Assembly: GCA_040006615.1 (NCBI GenBank)
Contig: JBDTWP010000002.1
Location: forward strand, 6,574 to 70,573
Length of the DNA: 64,000 nt
Direction of reading: 5' to 3'
From: Ferruginibacter sp.
GTDB lineage: Bacteria > Bacteroidota > Bacteroidia > Chitinophagales > Chitinophagaceae
The notes under the pieces are model-generated. The model saw nothing but the letters and a program-made list of their open reading frames with translations, searched no databases and was not told where the DNA came from. Positions within the stretch are counted from its first letter, which is position 1. Every line of letters begins with the position of its first letter. This document shows, in pieces, positions 1 to 10,087 of the stretch. The translations under genes and the position numbers were made by a program.

Positions 1-526
1 CATCAATAATTTTAAAAGCAAGGCTCAACTGTGCAATATACCTGGTAGTGGGAAACGGACCACCTATATTTTCCAAAGCATTAGTCGCAGCAATTACATG
101 CCCGGTTACCAGCACTTTGGCACCCAGCTTTGAAGCTTTTCTTACAATCTCCTGGGTATTTGCTTCCTTAAACTGGTCTTCCTGTTTTATGATCCCAAAA
201 CGGCTTCTTTCTACGACTGTAAATCTTTTTGAACGCACAAAACCTGCCTCCACGGCATTACCGGCATTCAAAGCATAGTCGTAATAAGAAAACTGTGAAG
301 TGGTAAATGGATAAACAGCTATTACGTCCTTCCCTTTTTCGGGGGTAACAGCGATCAGTTCTTCTTCAGCAGGCACGGATGTTGTAACGGGTTTGGGGGG
401 TATTGATTTTGTTGTAGCCATGGACTTTGCAACTACTTTTGTTTTGCTCCTGGTTTGTGCAGACAGTGCACTGAAGCAGCACATCAACACAAAAACGATG
501 GTGAAAATTGACGGTAACTTTTTCAT
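1..526 (-). CDS. Exported CsgG/TolB_N-like domain protein (truncated by window edge)
   Basis: Not in the ORF track because its stop lies outside the window. Manual translation from ATG 526 gives MKKLPSIFTIVFVLMCCFSALSAQ (signal peptide) ... IAVYPF ... SKRFTVVERSRFGIIKQE ... LGAKVLVTGHV. The RFTVVER motif is typical of CsgG-like folds. Confidence 0.6.
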   Translation of the reverse strand, partial: MKKLPSIFTIVFVLMCCFSALSAQTRSKTKVVAKSMATTKSIPPKPVTTSVPAEEELIAVTPEKGKDVIAVYPFTTSQFSYYDYALNAGNAVEAGFVRSKRFTVVERSRFGIIKQEDQFKEANTQEIVRKASKLGAKVLVTGHVIAATNALENIGGPFPTTRYIAQLSLAFKIID

Positions 527-890
527 AAAAATTATTTTGTTAGTGAATGATGGAGTAAACATACAGCGAAGTCCAGGCCCTTGTCAAACGTCATTTATTT
601 TCTGCAGGTTTTGGTTTATTATTTGCAAAGAAGATCCCTCTTCGTAATGCATAAATTTGTTCTTTTGCTAGTCGCTGTTTAGTAAAATCTTGTTAATAAC
701 CCCATCAATCCACCTGTAAGGCACATGGCACCAAAAACTATCACTAATATTTTTTATGAGTCAAACTTACTATCACCCAAAGGCTAAGCGAACTACCATT
801 TATTTTTTGAAGTCTCTACCTTATTTTTTGCTGCCGGTATGCAGGAATTTGAATGATGTGAGTATTATTCACCATTTCCCAGTCTTTTTT

Positions 891-1144
891 ATGCGTACTG
901 TCATTTTTTTTATTATTTTTTCCCTATTTTCAACCGGGACTTATACCCAGAAAAACGTTTCCGATTCTCTGAAAAAATTACTTGATATAAACAGAGCGGA
1001 GGATAGTAACAGGATGCTTTTATTATCATGGATGCCAATATAAATGGTTATGATAAAAGCATTGACAGCAATGGATTCAATGAAATAGGCACACTTCTTC
1101 ATAAGCAGAAACAATATAATAAGGCACTTGAATATTTCCGGTAA
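891..1144 (+). pseudogene. Decayed fragment of a TPR-sensor histidine kinase paralogue
   Basis: MRTVIFFIIF..KNVSDSLKKLLDINRAEDSNRMLLL resembles the N-terminus of 2593..4419 (KKTIDSLKNLLTEYTEPDSGRVKVLL). A shifted frame gives NEIGTLLHKQKQYNKALEYFR*, resembling GNIGLLYHDSKQYEKALEYLNR. Confidence 0.6.
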
Positions 1145-1247
1145 TCACCTAAAATAAAACAGGTTATGTTTAATTATCCACATAACATTTATTTTGAGCA
1201 AAGGGTGCATGATTTGTGACAATTGGATGTAATTTTTAAGACTGCTT

Positions 1248-1823
1248 TTAAAATTTCGGCAGATAAAATTTCCCATCACTAATCACTCTTTTCTTCGTAA
1301 TATCGGTGGATTTGAACACTGTAGCGGAAAAAGTGCCTTTAATATACGTGGCTGTAATTTCTGTAATCGATGTCTTGGCATCTGCAACGGTATGTTCCCA
1401 TAACCTGCCGGGACCTATTAATTCAGTAAAACCTCCCAGCGAAAGATATCCATCGGTTCCCGCTTCCTCGATATAAGTAATATGAACCTGGGGATGCTTC
1501 ACTCCGCCTATAGAAACAGCCTTAAGGGGATCCTGGTAGACACTTGTTGCAAAGAATGAGGTACGTGAAAATAATATGAAGGAAAATTGGGGTTGATCCA
1601 CGCCAATTGCTTTTTCATAGGCTCCCATAAAATCAATGAAGATGCCGCTCGTATCTGAATGACTAATTGTAGCAAACCCCTCCTTTTTGTATTCTTTTTG
1701 AACTCCATCCGCTTTAAAGCTGATAAAATAATCTCCCTTCGCAGGCATAACAATTTCATCTTTTTTGCAACTTACTACAGCAAGCAAAAGGATAAGTGCA
1801 AAGAATTGTAGTTTCTTTTTCAT
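1248..1823 (-). CDS. Surface lipoprotein, unknown function
   Basis: Lipobox AVVSC followed by KKDE (Bacteroidota lipoprotein export signal); C-terminal GTFSATV..ISDGKF motif. Confidence 0.8.
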   Translation of the reverse strand: MKKKLQFFALILLLAVVSCKKDEIVMPAKGDYFISFKADGVQKEYKKEGFATISHSDTSGIFIDFMGAYEKAIGVDQPQFSFILFSRTSFFATSVYQDPLKAVSIGGVKHPQVHITYIEEAGTDGYLSLGGFTELIGPGRLWEHTVADAKTSITEITATYIKGTFSATVFKSTDITKKRVISDGKFYLPKF

Positions 1824-1834
1824 ATAATTTAATT

Positions 1835-2407
1835 TTAAAATTTAAAGGATAGCCCTGCCGTGATATAAGAAACTCCATAACCCAACTCGGCAAATACAGA
1901 CAGTTTCTCTTTAAAAAAGTAGCGTCCGCCTATATAGCCTGTAAAACCTGCGGTACTCCCGTAATTGTGTGCATTATAAACGCTGCTGTTGCCGGAATTA
2001 TCCCTGAATTTATAACTTAGCATATTGTACGACCAAATGGCGCCGGCATATACATCAAGCTTATGGGAGTTAATGCCGGTGTAATGAAAAGCACTACGTA
2101 AACCTATGATGGTATAATTCCATTTTTGGCTGTAGCTGAAGCTGCCCGACTTCGAACTGCCGCTGAAAGATTTGCGACCAGCATAGCCACCAAGGCTTAT
2201 TACACCAATATCGTTTACTTCCCATAGGCTCTTTTCGTATTGAACGCTGATGGCGGGGGATTGAGTGCCGCTATAGCCAGAGCCAATGGAACTACCGAAT
2301 CCAATACCCGCACTTAGCACATTGGTGCCTTTTTTAAAGGGCTGGGCTTGCAAAAGAGTGGTTGCGGTTGTTACCAGCATTGCCACTAATAAGGATGTTT
2401 TTTTCAT
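1835..2407 (-). CDS. Outer-membrane beta-barrel protein (OmpW/PorT-like)
   Basis: Signal peptide, alternating aromatic/Gly strands, C-terminal GLSFKF. Confidence 0.85.
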   Translation of the reverse strand: MKKTSLLVAMLVTTATTLLQAQPFKKGTNVLSAGIGFGSSIGSGYSGTQSPAISVQYEKSLWEVNDIGVISLGGYAGRKSFSGSSKSGSFSYSQKWNYTIIGLRSAFHYTGINSHKLDVYAGAIWSYNMLSYKFRDNSGNSSVYNAHNYGSTAGFTGYIGGRYFFKEKLSVFAELGYGVSYITAGLSFKF

Positions 2408-2592
2408 TGTAAATCCTTTTAAGTATGTGGTTGATTATATTAACAGAATAAAAGTACCTGCCTGCCAGGCGGTTGGCAACCGCCATTTATTTTATGAGCT
2501 GCCCTGTTTATTTTTTGCAACTTGTGAGCTATTCTTTGAGTAAATCAGGCTATCTTACTATTTGTAAATTATATCCTTACACTTTAGTATGT

Positions 2593-4419
2593 ATGAGAAA
2601 AGTCATTGTATTTATCTTATTTATGTTTGCCGTTTTAAGAGGCATATCACAGGCAAAAAAGACAATTGATTCCCTGAAGAATCTCCTAACAGAATATACT
2701 GAACCTGATTCCGGCAGGGTTAAAGTATTATTGGAAATTACCAGGTTAAACTTGTTTACAGGATCAGAAAGCGAACTAATACCTCAAATGAATGAAGCGC
2801 TGGAGATTTCAAAAAAAATAAGCTGGGTAAAAGGAGAAGCCCTGGTATATATACGGTTAGGTGCATTTTACAATACAGTAAAAGGGGAGTATGTTGAAGC
2901 TCTTGGCTATTACCTTAAAGGGTTAAAAGCTAATGAAACGTTTAAAAATAAAACTTATGAAAAAGATATTATTGGAAATATTGGGTTGTTGTATCATGAT
3001 AGTAAGCAATACGAAAAAGCTTTGGAATACTTAAATAGAGCAAAACAAATAGGGGGTGAAATTTCGGCAGAGGAAAAGTCAATGTTTAATATAAATCTTG
3101 CCTTGGCGAATACATTTGTCAATTTAAAAAAAATTGATAGCGCTTTAGTTATCTATAACCATCTTCTAAAATTTACAACTGAAAATAATTTAGAATTAGA
3201 ACAAGGTATGACTTACGGCGCCGCCGGGTATTTTTTAATAACATTAAACAAATTTGATACAGCAAAAATTTATTTGGAAAAGGCAATATTAATTGGGAAC
3301 CATTTAGCGTACCCATTTCTTGAAGCAACTGCTTTAAGGAATATTTCATTATTATATAATCAAACAGGGAAAAAAATCGCTGCTCTGGCAGCAGCAAAAA
3401 AAGCATTAAAAATCTTTCAGGAAATTCAATCACCTGGTTGGGAAAGTATGTGCTGGGAGGCAATTGCGGTAATATATCAGGATATTGGAGAATATAAGAA
3501 AGCATGGGATGCTCATGTAAACTTCATTCAGCTTAAGGATAGCACAGCCAGTGCTGCGAAGCAGCAGGAAACAGGAATACTGCAAGCCCAATTTGAATTT
3601 GAAAAGAAAGAAGCTGTACTAAACGCGACACACCAATCCGAAGTGAAGCAGGAGCACATAATACGCAATGGAATAATTATTGGTTCAGGTATCCTGATAT
3701 TTGTCGGCCTCATTTCTTTCATTTTCTATAAACGAAAAAGAGACGCGGTGGCAAAAAAGAATGAAGCAGAATTTAAGACCGAGGTAGCCGATACGGAGAT
3801 GAAAGCTTTGAGGGCCCAGATGAACCCTCATTTTATTTTCAATTCGCTTAATTCTATCAGCGATTATATTGCCAAAAATGATACACAGTCTGCAGACAGG
3901 TACCTGGGTAAATTTGCCAAACTAATGCGGATGATATTGGAAAACTCTGAGCAAAAGGAAGTGCCGCTTGCTGAGGACCTCAAAGCGCTTGAACTCTACA
4001 TGCAGTTGGAAGCCTTGCGGATGAACAATAAATTCAGCTACGAAATAATAGTGGATGATTTAGTGGATAGAGAAGAAACGATGGTGCCGCCCCTGATCCT
4101 GCAACCCTTTGTAGAAAACAGCATCTGGCATGGCATTGCCAGGAAAGAAGGCCAGGGTAAAATACTGATCTATATAAAAAAGGAAGGGGAAGATATGATC
4201 AACTGTATTGTGGAAGATGATGGCATTGGCAGGCAGCATTGGGCTGATATTAAAACAACATTGTCAAAGCAGGAAAAAACTTCTCTGGGTATGAAGATCA
4301 CCCAGTCAAGGATTGATATCCTGAACAAAATAAAAAACACAAAAGCTGCTGTGCAGCTTTTTGACCTCGCACATGGCCTGAGAGTTGAAGTAAGACTGCC
4401 TTTGGCCAACAACCTTTAA
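2593..4419 (+). CDS. TPR-containing LytS-type sensor histidine kinase
   Basis: Signal peptide from ATG 2593, TPR repeats, one TM helix, LRAQMNPHFIFNSLNSI H-box, QPFVENSIWHG N-box, EDDGIG. Confidence 0.92.
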   Translation: MRKVIVFILFMFAVLRGISQAKKTIDSLKNLLTEYTEPDSGRVKVLLEITRLNLFTGSESELIPQMNEALEISKKISWVKGEALVYIRLGAFYNTVKGEYVEALGYYLKGLKANETFKNKTYEKDIIGNIGLLYHDSKQYEKALEYLNRAKQIGGEISAEEKSMFNINLALANTFVNLKKIDSALVIYNHLLKFTTENNLELEQGMTYGAAGYFLITLNKFDTAKIYLEKAILIGNHLAYPFLEATALRNISLLYNQTGKKIAALAAAKKALKIFQEIQSPGWESMCWEAIAVIYQDIGEYKKAWDAHVNFIQLKDSTASAAKQQETGILQAQFEFEKKEAVLNATHQSEVKQEHIIRNGIIIGSGILIFVGLISFIFYKRKRDAVAKKNEAEFKTEVADTEMKALRAQMNPHFIFNSLNSISDYIAKNDTQSADRYLGKFAKLMRMILENSEQKEVPLAEDLKALELYMQLEALRMNNKFSYEIIVDDLVDREETMVPPLILQPFVENSIWHGIARKEGQGKILIYIKKEGEDMINCIVEDDGIGRQHWADIKTTLSKQEKTSLGMKITQSRIDILNKIKNTKAAVQLFDLAHGLRVEVRLPLANNL

Positions 4420-4422
4420 AAT

Positions 4423-5169
4423 ATGATAAACGCAATTATTGTAGATGACGAACAGCATTGTACAGACAGGCTTACAGGCCTGCTGACAAAGTTTCATTCA
4501 AATGAGATCCATCTGTTTGCTCCTGTAAGCTCCGTAAAAGAAGGAATTAAGGCCATTAAACAACACCAGCCTGATCTGATTTTCCTGGATGTACAAATAA
4601 AAGACCGTACCGGTTTTGATCTGTTAAGGGAATGTGATAAAATTAATTTCAAAATCATCTTCACCACGGCTTACGACAGGTTCGCCATACAGGCAATAAA
4701 ATTCAGTGCTATCGGATATTTATTAAAACCCATTGATGAGGATGACCTGGCAGAGGCTTTGGACAAATTAAAAGAAATGTCGGTAGAACATACCAGCCTG
4801 ATGGCCGGTGTGATAGAAAATAATTTAAGCCAGCCTCCAAGGAAAAAGAAGCTGACCATACCAACCGGCAATGAGTTGCTTTTTTTAAATATAGAAGATA
4901 TCATCCGATGTCACAGCGATATTAACTACACGACGATTTATAAAAAAGACAAACAAAAAATCGTGGTGGCTAAAACACTAAAAGAGTTTGAAGAACTGCT
5001 GGCTGACCAGGATTTTTTCAGGATCCACAACTCCGATCTTATCAGCCTGGCCTGCATAAAAAGTTACAATAAAGGAAAGGGCGGCTCCGTAATATTGTAT
5101 GATGGAACCGAACTGGAAGTATCCACCCGGCGGAAAGAGGAGTTTCTAAAAAAGATGACAGAATTATAA
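4423..5169 (+). CDS. LytTR-family response regulator
   Basis: Receiver (VDDE, FLDVQI, FTTAY, LLKP) plus LytTR domain (FFRIHNS, VSTRRK). Confidence 0.95.
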   Translation: MINAIIVDDEQHCTDRLTGLLTKFHSNEIHLFAPVSSVKEGIKAIKQHQPDLIFLDVQIKDRTGFDLLRECDKINFKIIFTTAYDRFAIQAIKFSAIGYLLKPIDEDDLAEALDKLKEMSVEHTSLMAGVIENNLSQPPRKKKLTIPTGNELLFLNIEDIIRCHSDINYTTIYKKDKQKIVVAKTLKEFEELLADQDFFRIHNSDLISLACIKSYNKGKGGSVILYDGTELEVSTRRKEEFLKKMTEL

Positions 5170-5178
5170 AAGCATTTT

Positions 5179-6150
5179 TTATTGTTGCTGCTGTTTCATC
5201 TGTACATACCTCCTGTAAGAATTATCGTCACCACTGCCTTCAGTTAAAGAACCCTTTACTTCCTGCGGTGTTAAAACAGCCAACAGTTCTTTTGATACCG
5301 CAGTATCTTCAAAAGAAACCGATACACCCACTTCCAGTGTTTGTTTGGCAGTGCCTTTGTAAGTACCTTTCACGGGAGAGCAATCGCTGAAATTTCTGCC
5401 AATTGCAAGACGCACATGCCGGTCATTCACCACGCAATTATTGGTAGGATCCAGACCCAACCAGCCATAAAATGGTATATAGGCTTCTACCCATGCATGA
5501 GTAGCACCTTCGCCACGCAGGTTATTATCATGTGCACAAACATACCCGCTCACATACCGTGCGGGGATATTCAGCAGGCGCAGCATCACCAATAACATAT
5601 GCGCAAAATCCTGGCAGACCCCTGCTCTCAATTTCCAGACTTCATCAAGTGTAGTTTCAACACTCGTAATACCTTTTATGTACTGGAAATTCTCATACAC
5701 GTAATTATTTAACTGTTGCACTGCCACAAAAACTGAAACTGATTTATAAAATCCGGCGTCTGCGATTTGTTTTACTTCGAGCAAAGCAGTGAAGATTTCC
5801 TGTTTCAAAAAGTCTATAAATGGTACGATGTTTTTGATTTGAATTAAATGATCCCATTGCTGCTCAATGGGTATTTCATCGGAAGGCAATTTTATGGGTT
5901 TTGTGATCACTACGATATTGGAATCAATCCTCAGCTCCTTGTGTGGTGCGATGTTCATAAAGGAGCCGGTTTCATTGCCATAATAGTCTCTGAATTGTTC
6001 AACGAAAGGTTCGCCGGTTATAGTTAGCCGTTGGCTCTGTACTTCCTGGTTTTCATCTTTTACGGGATACAACATTATTTGGTTAGCACTGTCGCGTACG
6101 GGTTCCGGATAGGTATATTTTGTAACATGGTGAATAAAGAATCGCGGCAT
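5179..6150 (-). CDS. Transglutaminase-family protein (Bact_transglu_N + core)
   Basis: GVCQDFAH, ARYVSGY, THAWVE, LDPTN (Cys-His-Asp triad); ends in QMKQQQQ. Confidence 0.92.
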   Translation of the reverse strand: MPRFFIHHVTKYTYPEPVRDSANQIMLYPVKDENQEVQSQRLTITGEPFVEQFRDYYGNETGSFMNIAPHKELRIDSNIVVITKPIKLPSDEIPIEQQWDHLIQIKNIVPFIDFLKQEIFTALLEVKQIADAGFYKSVSVFVAVQQLNNYVYENFQYIKGITSVETTLDEVWKLRAGVCQDFAHMLLVMLRLLNIPARYVSGYVCAHDNNLRGEGATHAWVEAYIPFYGWLGLDPTNNCVVNDRHVRLAIGRNFSDCSPVKGTYKGTAKQTLEVGVSVSFEDTAVSKELLAVLTPQEVKGSLTEGSGDDNSYRRYVQMKQQQQ

Positions 6151-6357
6151 AATGGGGAGCTTTGTTGCTGTTGGTTATTAATTTATATTGTTGATTCAAA
6201 CTTCAATTCCTTCGGGTACCCATGTAAAGTCAAACCTGAATTGTCATTGGTGAAAGATCAATTGTGAAATATTGACTATTCACGAATAAAACCCCCACTT
6301 TACCATAAGTATATCACCCGGTATTTTTATAGAAATGTTGTTGCCGGCATATCCGAA

Positions 6358-7293
6358 TCAGGCATATGCAAAATAGTTTTGGTTCAGTTTATTGCCAATT
6401 TCAAAGAGGCCCTTTTTGGTTTCATTTAGAAATAGATGTAAACCTTCGCCAACAATTGAATCGGGTGTAGAAAATTTCACTTTACTTTTAATTTTACCGA
6501 TCATGAAATCAATATGGTTAAAGTCGGATTTATTGTGTTCGTGTTTCAATCGCTCAAAATACCGGTGTAACTGGTTAATAGAATAAATTACCGAACGCGG
6601 GAATTGTTCATTTAAAACGATCTGTTCCACTACGTTTTTGGCTTCAAAACCACCACGGTATGTTTTTAAGTACAATTCATATCCGGCAATAGACATTAAT
6701 AAATATTTCCAGTAGGTAGTATCGGTAATCTTATCCATTTCATAATTCATGTCACTGAATTTTACATCCAGGATATCAGTCGATTGAATGGCTCTTTCCA
6801 AAAACTTACCTATATTGATAAAAGAATTGCCTTCACCTCTTGCCATTGTAACATCAGTGGTACCAAAATACAACAGACCTTGTTTAATTAAATTATCTAG
6901 TATGGTGATCGGGTCTTCCAGCTGAAATGACCCGGCCAGTTTATCCTGGCGCATAATATGATAAAAATCGTTGATACACTGCCACATTTCTTTGGTGATA
7001 TGATCCTGCACACTTCGCCCGTTTTCCCTGGCCAGGGTCACGATGTTCAGTACGGAATTAGGATTGTCTTTTCCGATCACCATAAATTGTAACACAGCAC
7101 TGGTATCATGAGCCAGGGCATTGGCTTCGTCTTCACCTAAAAAAGTGAAAATTTTCAATACCGGCTTCCAGCTAAACTCCTGTGTATCATCCTGGGATGA
7201 AGCATAGTTAATTTTCAACATTCTTAAAATACCGTCAGTCCGTTCCATGTACCGGCTCATCCAGTATAAACTATCGGCAACTCTACTTAGCAT
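6358..7293 (-). CDS. Alpha-E domain protein (DUF403)
   Basis: MLSRVADSLYWMSRYMER start, second ER motif (FLERA), FPRSV. Start moved to ATG 7293. Confidence 0.92.
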   Translation of the reverse strand: MLSRVADSLYWMSRYMERTDGILRMLKINYASSQDDTQEFSWKPVLKIFTFLGEDEANALAHDTSAVLQFMVIGKDNPNSVLNIVTLARENGRSVQDHITKEMWQCINDFYHIMRQDKLAGSFQLEDPITILDNLIKQGLLYFGTTDVTMARGEGNSFINIGKFLERAIQSTDILDVKFSDMNYEMDKITDTTYWKYLLMSIAGYELYLKTYRGGFEAKNVVEQIVLNEQFPRSVIYSINQLHRYFERLKHEHNKSDFNHIDFMIGKIKSKVKFSTPDSIVGEGLHLFLNETKKGLFEIGNKLNQNYFAYA

Positions 7294-7331
7294 AATAATA
7301 ATAAACAAAAGCCTCCTGCCTTCCAGGGAAA

Positions 7332-7502
7332 GCCCCCCTGCCCCCCCTGGGGGGTTCAATGCAGACTCTTTTTAAATCGAAGTGAATAATATTTTTCAAT
7401 CGTTGGTCTTTTTTATTAACAACCCTGCCATTCTTTTAAAGAAAACTGTTCTGACAATATTACAATTTTATTCCAGGACCCTCCCCTGGGGGGTAGGGGG
7501 GC
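7332..7502. repeat. GC-rich inverted-repeat element (MITE/REP-like) overlapping the ATP-grasp 3' end
   Basis: Left arm gcccccctgccccccctggggggtt (7332-7356) is an imperfect inverted copy of the right arm at 7478-7502, with an AT-rich core between. Confidence 0.6.
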
Positions 7503-8946
7503 CGGCCAACACCCAGGTATCCTTACTTCCGCCACCCTGTGATGAATTTACAATCAGCGATCCTTCTCTCAATGCTACCCTGGTTAAACCACCCGGAACT
7601 ATCTCAATCCCATCGGGCCCGCATAATGCATAGGGCCTCAGGTCCACCCTGCGTGGTTTCAATTTTCCATCCATATAACAGGGAGCCGTTGATAAACTGA
7701 TAATTGGCTGGGCGATGAACTGCCTTGGATCCTGTAGTACTTCCTCCTTATAATTTAAGATCTCTTCTTCGCTGGCAGCACTTCCCATCAACATGCCATA
7801 GCCACCGCTTTCATTGGTTTTTTTAATTACCATCTTCTCAATATTCTTAAACACGTGTTCTCTTTCTTCATCCTTTCCCAACTGGTAGGTAGGTACATTT
7901 TTCAAATGCGGTTCTTCATTCAGGTAATAGCGGATCATTGCAGGCACAAAAGTGTAAATGGCTTTATCGTCGGCTACGCCATTGCCAACAGCGTTGACAA
8001 TCGCCACATTTCCTTTGCGGTAGGCACTCATGATACCTGCTACCCCCAACATACTTCCCGGATCAAATACCAGCGGATCCAGGTATTCATCATCCACCCT
8101 CCTGTAAATTACATCCACCTGCTGTAAGCCACTGGTTGTTTTCATATATACCTTATGGCTATCTACCACTAGGTCACTCCCTTCCACCAATTCAACACCC
8201 ATCAATCTTGCTAGGGTCGTATGTTCAAAATAGGCGGAATTATAAATTCCGGGGGTAAGCAATACAATCGTGGGGTTCCTGGTTTGCCTCGGTGACAATG
8301 ATACCAGGTTTCTATGTAAAATAGTAGGATACTCTGTTACACTTCGTACGTTGCTTTGCGGGAGCAGGTAGGGGAAGATACGTTTGGTGATTTCCCTGTT
8401 TTCGAGCATATAGCTTACGCCACTTGGCGTACGTAGATTATCTTCGAGTATATAAAACGAACCATCATTGTTACGAATGAGGTCAATACCGGAGATATGA
8501 ATATAAATATCATAAGGAACAGGGAAATTGTGCATTTCCCTGAGGTAATGCGGGCAACTATAGATCATCGCAGCAGGGATCACACCATCCTTTATGATAA
8601 ACTGGTTGCCATAAATATCCTTTAAAAAAAGGTTAAGTGCCTTCAGTCTTTGCTTAATCCCTTTTTCAATATATTCCCATTCGGCAGCGGTAATGATGCG
8701 GGGTATGATATCGAATGGAAATATTTTTTCTATGCCTTCGCCACTGCTGTAGACTGTAAAAGTTACACCCTGGCTCATAAATAAACGCTTGGCGAATTCT
8801 TCCCTTTTATTTAAATCATCTATTGAAAGCTTTTCCAGGAACTCAACTGCATACTTATATTGATCCCTTACAGTTGAATTTGTGTACATTTCATCCCAGG
8901 TATTGGCATCCACTAAATACGACTGCATTAATTCACTTGTTTGCAT
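7468..8946 (-). CDS. Circularly permuted type 2 ATP-grasp protein
   Basis: LEDNLRTPSGVSY, IYRRVDDEYLDP, GNGVADDK, SGGYGM, PGGLTRVAL, NSSQGGGSKDTWV. Confidence 0.95.
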   Translation of the reverse strand: MQTSELMQSYLVDANTWDEMYTNSTVRDQYKYAVEFLEKLSIDDLNKREEFAKRLFMSQGVTFTVYSSGEGIEKIFPFDIIPRIITAAEWEYIEKGIKQRLKALNLFLKDIYGNQFIIKDGVIPAAMIYSCPHYLREMHNFPVPYDIYIHISGIDLIRNNDGSFYILEDNLRTPSGVSYMLENREITKRIFPYLLPQSNVRSVTEYPTILHRNLVSLSPRQTRNPTIVLLTPGIYNSAYFEHTTLARLMGVELVEGSDLVVDSHKVYMKTTSGLQQVDVIYRRVDDEYLDPLVFDPGSMLGVAGIMSAYRKGNVAIVNAVGNGVADDKAIYTFVPAMIRYYLNEEPHLKNVPTYQLGKDEEREHVFKNIEKMVIKKTNESGGYGMLMGSAASEEEILNYKEEVLQDPRQFIAQPIISLSTAPCYMDGKLKPRRVDLRPYALCGPDGIEIVPGGLTRVALREGSLIVNSSQGGGSKDTWVLAGPPTPQGRVLE

Positions 8947-9050
8947 AAAAAACAGTTTTGGAAATATTAATGGCAGGCTATCGCGCGTTCTTAGCTCTTC
9001 AAATATAATAAATCAAATTTGTTTTCAATCATCCTGGCACACATTATTGG

Positions 9051-9058
9051 TAACTTTG
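9051..9058 (+). promoter_or_regulatory. Bacteroidota housekeeping -7 element upstream of kdsB
   Basis: TAACTTTG matches TAnnTTTG, 20 bp before the start codon. Confidence 0.55.
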
Positions 9059-9078
9059 TTTGTACTAATTCCTGAAGG

Positions 9079-9834
9079 ATGAAGAAAATAGCAATGATAC
9101 CGGCCCGTTATGCAGCCACCCGTTTTCCCGGCAAACTGATGCAAATGCTGGGTAGCAAGACGGTTATCCGGCACACTTATGAGAATACGGTTGCCACCGG
9201 GTTATTTGATGAAGTACTGGTAGTGACCGACAGCGATATTATTTATAATGAAATAGTAAGCAATGGGGGCACTGCTATCAAAAGCGCCGGAGAACATGAA
9301 AGCGGCAGCGACCGGATTGCTGAAGCTGCGGCGGAAATGGATGTGGAAATTGTAGTGAACGTGCAGGGTGATGAACCCTTTGTCCGAAAGGAGCCTTTGG
9401 AAAAATTATTGAAGGTGTTTGAAGGAGAAGCCGGGAAAAATGTGCAGGTTGCTTCATTGATGCAGTTACTAAAGGACCAACAATTTATTGAAGATCCCAA
9501 TTATGTAAAAGTGGTGGTCAATCAAAATATGGAGGCGTTGTTCTTTAGCCGGAGCGTTATTCCTTATAACCGGGATAAACAGGCTTCGCCCGTATATTAT
9601 GAACATATCGGTGTATATGCTTTCCGTAAGCAGGCCCTGGTTAATTTTACCAACTGGAAGATAACGCCTTTAGAAGCTGTAGAAAAAATCGAATGCCTTC
9701 GGTACCTGGAAAATGGGATCGCAATAAAAATGGTGGTAACAGAATACATGGGAATAGAAATTGACACGCCGGAAGATTTAGCGAGGGCGACGGGTTTTTT
9801 GCCACCGTCTGTAAGCGGGGATTTGTCCGAATAG
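9079..9834 (+). CDS. kdsB: 3-deoxy-manno-octulosonate cytidylyltransferase
   Basis: IPARYAATRFPGK, HESGSDR, VNVQGDEP, FSRSVIP, HIGVYAFR, IDTPEDL. Confidence 0.96.
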   Translation: MKKIAMIPARYAATRFPGKLMQMLGSKTVIRHTYENTVATGLFDEVLVVTDSDIIYNEIVSNGGTAIKSAGEHESGSDRIAEAAAEMDVEIVVNVQGDEPFVRKEPLEKLLKVFEGEAGKNVQVASLMQLLKDQQFIEDPNYVKVVVNQNMEALFFSRSVIPYNRDKQASPVYYEHIGVYAFRKQALVNFTNWKITPLEAVEKIECLRYLENGIAIKMVVTEYMGIEIDTPEDLARATGFLPPSVSGDLSE

Positions 9835-10087
9835 TTCAATTTTCCCCCTAATAAACAAAAATCAAATTAGCCCGGTGACTTGCATGGGACCAAGGTTGGG
9901 AGAAGCCAGGAGGAACCCGGCAAGATCAAAGTATGATCCCAGGGCAATCAGCCGTGATCGGTATCCCCACCAACCACAGCCGGGCGACAATTTGAAATGC
10001 ACCCGGGTGGTAATAAGTTTATTGTCGGTTTGCTGCGGAAGGGATTCAAATAACATTAATCATGTATATTTTTTATTGGTGGCTAAT

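Noticed and set aside
1174-1182. Perfect DnaA box TTATCCACA (another at 14623-14631)
   Set aside because: Isolated single boxes with no cluster and no dnaA context; expected by chance in AT-rich DNA.
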